Assembly: GCA_000934665.2 (NCBI GenBank)
Contig: JYFJ02003589.1
Location: 1 to 39,755, forward strand
Direction of reading: 5' to 3'
DNA from: Catajapyx aquilonaris
Taxonomy: Eukaryota
Length of the DNA stretch: 39,755 nt
The first letter of the stretch is position 1. Every line of letters starts with the position of its first letter. Positions 35,974 through 39,755 of this stretch are shown here, one piece after another. The translations under genes were made by a program, and so were the position numbers. Under the pieces are notes generated by a model, which saw only the letters and a program-made list of their open reading frames with translations, was not told the origin of the DNA and did not search any database.

Positions 35974-36391
35974 ATCAATGAGCATTTATTAAGAACTAAT
36001 ACCTAATATAAAGAAAAATCTGCCCCCCCCCCTGAAAGACTCCGTAAGGGGTGGCACGGGGTAACATAAATATAAAGAAATATTAAGAAATATAAAGGAA
36101 AATCAAATTAATAATATCGATAAGAAAGTAGAAATTCATAAGAATTTGAGAATATGAATTTTTATGGAGGTGTTGTTTTTAAATATTAAGGACGTACATT
36201 TTTCTGCTGATTATAATCATTAAAGAAGTGGACTTTTAACTATTATTTGCGATAATGTGCAATCACTATTAGTCAAAAACAACACCTCTATAAAATTCTT
36301 ACATTCTTATGAATTTTTACTTTCTTATTGATATTAATTTTATTGCTCTTTATATGTACTAGTTGTTAGTTCTTAATAATTGCTCATTGAT
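35974..36391. repeat. AT-rich foldback whose left arm is interrupted by a retroposon tail
   Basis: ATCAATGAGCA..TTAAGAACTAA and ATAAGAAAGTAGAAATTCATAAGAAT..GAGGTGTTGTTTTT mirrored at 36275-36391. Confidence 0.8.
36017..36068 (+). mobile_element. 5'-truncated SINE/LINE 3' tail
   Basis: TCTGCCCCCC..CACGGGGTAA resembles the tail at 27411-27460; 12-bp TSD AATATAAAGAAA (36005-36016, 36069-36080). Confidence 0.65.
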
Positions 36392-37029
36392 AAAATTATA
36401 TTGTGCGTAATATTGGATATCTGCACCCAAAATGGCGTTATAATGTATGTCGTTCTTTATGACGTCCCCAGGAATCCGTGACATCCACCCCGCCCAACCA
36501 GCCCCCCATAAGCAGCATTGGCAACTGCACTAAAAAGGCTGTGTCTTGGTAAATAATGCGAGTAATTTAAAAAAAATTTAATGTGAATTAGGAAATGACC
36601 CACGTGACGTGCTGACACCTTAAACGAAAAATCCGTTAGTATTTAAATGTGTTTTGCTTGTCTAACGTTTCCTTATGGCATTTCAATGTTGGTTAATTCC
36701 CCGACATAAAAGTCGCAGTAACGAAAGATGTAACAAACCTAGCAACTTTTTTTTTAATGTGAACTGTATTATTGATGAAGGTACACAGTGAGTAAGATTA
36801 AAATAATAAATCTCCCATAGACAAGGAAATAAACTTGTCTATTTAAATTAATAGACCTTCTTAATTTAGTTCACGAAATGGCCACTATGTGTCTCCTAAC
36901 TTGAAACCAGTCGGACCAGTCTACTGATTGAGACCCCCCCACCCCCAAAACCTACTGCAGAACGAAGAAGGGGTGACAGGGCCGGAGAGCCGGCGCGGCG
37001 CCATCGTGCATCCTGGAATATACTGCAAT

Positions 37030-37085
37030 CAGCGCCGGTTTTAACATTAGGCAGAGTAGGCAATTGCCTATAGGGGCGGCCGCTA
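37030..37085 (+). mobile_element. Possible hAT-type MITE left end
   Basis: CAGCGCCGGTTTTAAC..TAGGCA..TAGGCAATTGCCTA..GGGCGGC resembles CAGGGCCGG-type hAT ends; similar partial copy at ~37150; no right end. Confidence 0.35.
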
Positions 37086-37960
37086 GTTGCAATAAATATT
37101 TTTTTTTCAAATAGGCTATAATAATAGGAAATAAAGGTGAAGTCATTCCCAACGCCGGATTTGCCACTAGGCAACAACTTTCTTCCCGGCTCATCCACTA
37201 TCAAATTCGGGGGGGGAGATCGGTACGTGCATCTTTAAGCTATAGTAGTTTCACTATCAGGACCAATGTCTCCGGGCCAATCATTCGTGCGTACCAATTA
37301 AAAACCAGCAGTCTTGCACAGTTGCACTGCAAAATGTGAGGGAGAAGAGTCCTAGGACAAACGTGGCAATGTTGCTCGGCTGGGAGCTATTTCCACAATC
37401 GGATTATACATTCCTAGACTAGACGCCACGACTGGTAGAAATGAGTCACTTTTCCACCCCAACTTGCCACTGTCATCACATGGCAGCATTCCCCCTTTCT
37501 GTGGGATTTATTTTGTTAATTGTTTTTACAAATGCGGTTTTTCAGTGATTTTAGAGAACGTGGGTTAAAATAAGTCTCATTACGCTTCGAAATTTAGGAT
37601 ATTTTGGTGCACAAAACATACCGAATAAGAAGTGTTATATATTTACAATTTAGAGAAAAACCCCGCCGGTCCCGTCCCCACTTCTCCACCTGACTGAACG
37701 CCGCTTCATTCCTCAAACGGACCTCTCCTCCCATAATTATAAACTACACGATTTTGTAGAACATACTGTACAATTGCCCATTTCGAGTGTTGGAACCTGA
37801 ATGTCATATTAGTGCATAAATACAGCGTGTGAGCGTATTTAGAGCTTTCTGGCACCTTTTGTAAGCTTTTACAGAGCTCTGCAGGTTTTCTGCTCAAGGT
37901 ATTCTTCCCGGTCTATCTGCGATACAGTGACTTCCATTTAGCATGCTGCCCCTCATTTTA

Positions 37961-39755
37961 TAAGGGTCGTTCAAATGAAAACGAACCAGTAAATTGTATA
38001 TGGGCACATGGTTGTGAATAACTCCAGGCACAGGAATAATTCAGAGGCTCCGGGAAGGTATCAGCTACCGATGGTCCTAATTTGGTCAACATCAGTACAT
38101 GCAGTAAGTGGAAAATCTAACATCGACCCTCGGCCCAGCAATTCCGTCCACCTCCATTGACAAGATACATGGCCAACATGGGTCATTCCATCCCAAGTAA
38201 ACTGTAAATTTTCTGAGAAGTTGTAGCTTGACCCCTTCCGATTTAACTGAAAAAATCAGGTAGGCAGGGATCCACACCTTATCGTGACATCCTAAATTTG
38301 AGGCCGGTGGAGTCAAATTTCACGGAGATATAACAATGGAAAGTTCAACAATGACGTCCGTGTAAAGTATTTTTAACTGTTCAGACTGTTCTCCCAACAC
38401 CAACATGGTATATATCAAATGGAAGGTAGTCCAGGGAGGAATAATATGCCTACAAAATATTCGACCTAAATCGAAAAACGACATTGAAAAAAATTCGTAA
38501 ATATGTTTAAATCACTCTCTATTCCCGATAGACGTAACTCATCACATTATGATTTTAACAACTTACTGATATGTACTATAGGGCAATCACCTTTGCCTAA
38601 ATGCACATGCAAAACTTCATTGGCATAGGTCACGCAGGGCTGAGGAAAAAAATGAATTACTGCATTTTGCCTATCGTTTTCGAGCTCAAATTTCTCGACT
38701 TGGTTATTGCAATCATTATTCACATAATATATGTGACAGTGTTTCAGAAGTGTGATAATTTGCAATCGACTTAACATGGTATCACTGCAGTTTGCTTCAG
38801 TTCATGATCCATTGTGTAACATAGATTACTTCCCTTCTTTGGCTGAAGGAAATGTTTTATAGTTGCTGCTGTCAGAGGTTTCATAAACCTGCACGGCACT
38901 GTCATTTAGAGGGACATAATGATGCCATTACTGCGTGTTTGGGATGACCAGTGCTTTCTCAAACCTCTCGTCTATTGGAGGCCTAATTTTCTCCACGTAG
39001 TAGCGGGGCACCATATGGGAATATAAAATTATAAAATATTTCCTTCGGCCAAAGAAGGGAAGTAATATACTGTATGTTACACAATGCACTGAATCGAAAT
39101 GCAGTGATTCCATGGCAAGTCGATTGGAATTTCTCACACTTTTGAAACACAATCATATAATTATGTGAGTAATGATTACAATATGTGTGAATTTTCGAAA
39201 AAGTATGTCGCCTTTCGTCAGAGGTTACCGTCAAAGTGAATACTCAGACAAGACACCGCTGGAGCTGTGCTCGCGACAAGTAATATGTGTATGTACGAGC
39301 GTACATTTGTCAGAGACAGCATATGACATTTCCTATATGTTTATGCGATGGCAATGATTCCGTGCACCGCCTTATGCACCCATGCGTTTAAAATTCGCCG
39401 ATCAATCATCGTTCATGATTTTAAAGAATGGTTTATGCATTTCTGAATAGGGGATGATACAAGGAATCTATTGAGATACCAAAACTCATAATTGGTCCAG
39501 CCCCACCTCGAGAAATGTGAGCTCAAAAATAGGCAAAATGCAGTCATTCATATTTTAGGGATTTTTTACAATTTCCAATCCTGCGTGACCTATCCCAATA
39601 AAGTTTTGCATGTGCATTTAGGCAAAGGTGATTGCCCTAGTACGTATCACTTTGTTAAAATCATCGCGTTATGAGTTACGGCTATATCTGGAATGTAGAG
39701 TGATTTGGACATAATTATATGGACGAATTATTTTCGTCGTTTTTCGAGTTAGGTC
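37961..39755. mobile_element. Large foldback DNA element running off the window end
   Basis: 38464-38698 pairs with 39508-39755 and 38707-38862 pairs with 39027-39183; mariner-like TA|TAAGGGTCGTTCAAATGAAAAC at 37959-37982 is a candidate outer end. Confidence 0.75.

Overview
Eukaryotic, repeat-dense, apparently non-coding DNA, probably from an invertebrate (one SINE body resembles arthropod SINEs as I recall them). I find no intact protein-coding gene, rRNA, true tRNA or CRISPR array; nearly all listed ORFs are translations of micro/minisatellites. The window is a mosaic of non-autonomous mobile elements. (1) A hAT-like MITE family with CAAGG-type termini and 8-bp target duplications, each copy carrying a different internal minisatellite (5913-6331, 26888-28160, 34491-35032; related 11482-11689). 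(2) Three tRNA-headed SINEs plus a truncated tail that share a CCCC-stem-GGGGTA 3' end, including a SINE-in-SINE-in-MITE nest. (3) A Tc1/mariner MITE and a non-autonomous Helitron inside an array of Helitron-like 5' ends. (4) Many long foldbacks and a ~148-bp satellite with one hairpin per unit. (5) A likely, heavily decayed Maverick/Polinton junction at ~12.26-12.42 kb. A composite motif, GGAT-NN-AAAATGG(CG), recurs dozens of times on both strands. Superfamily and protein assignments come from pattern recognition without database searches.
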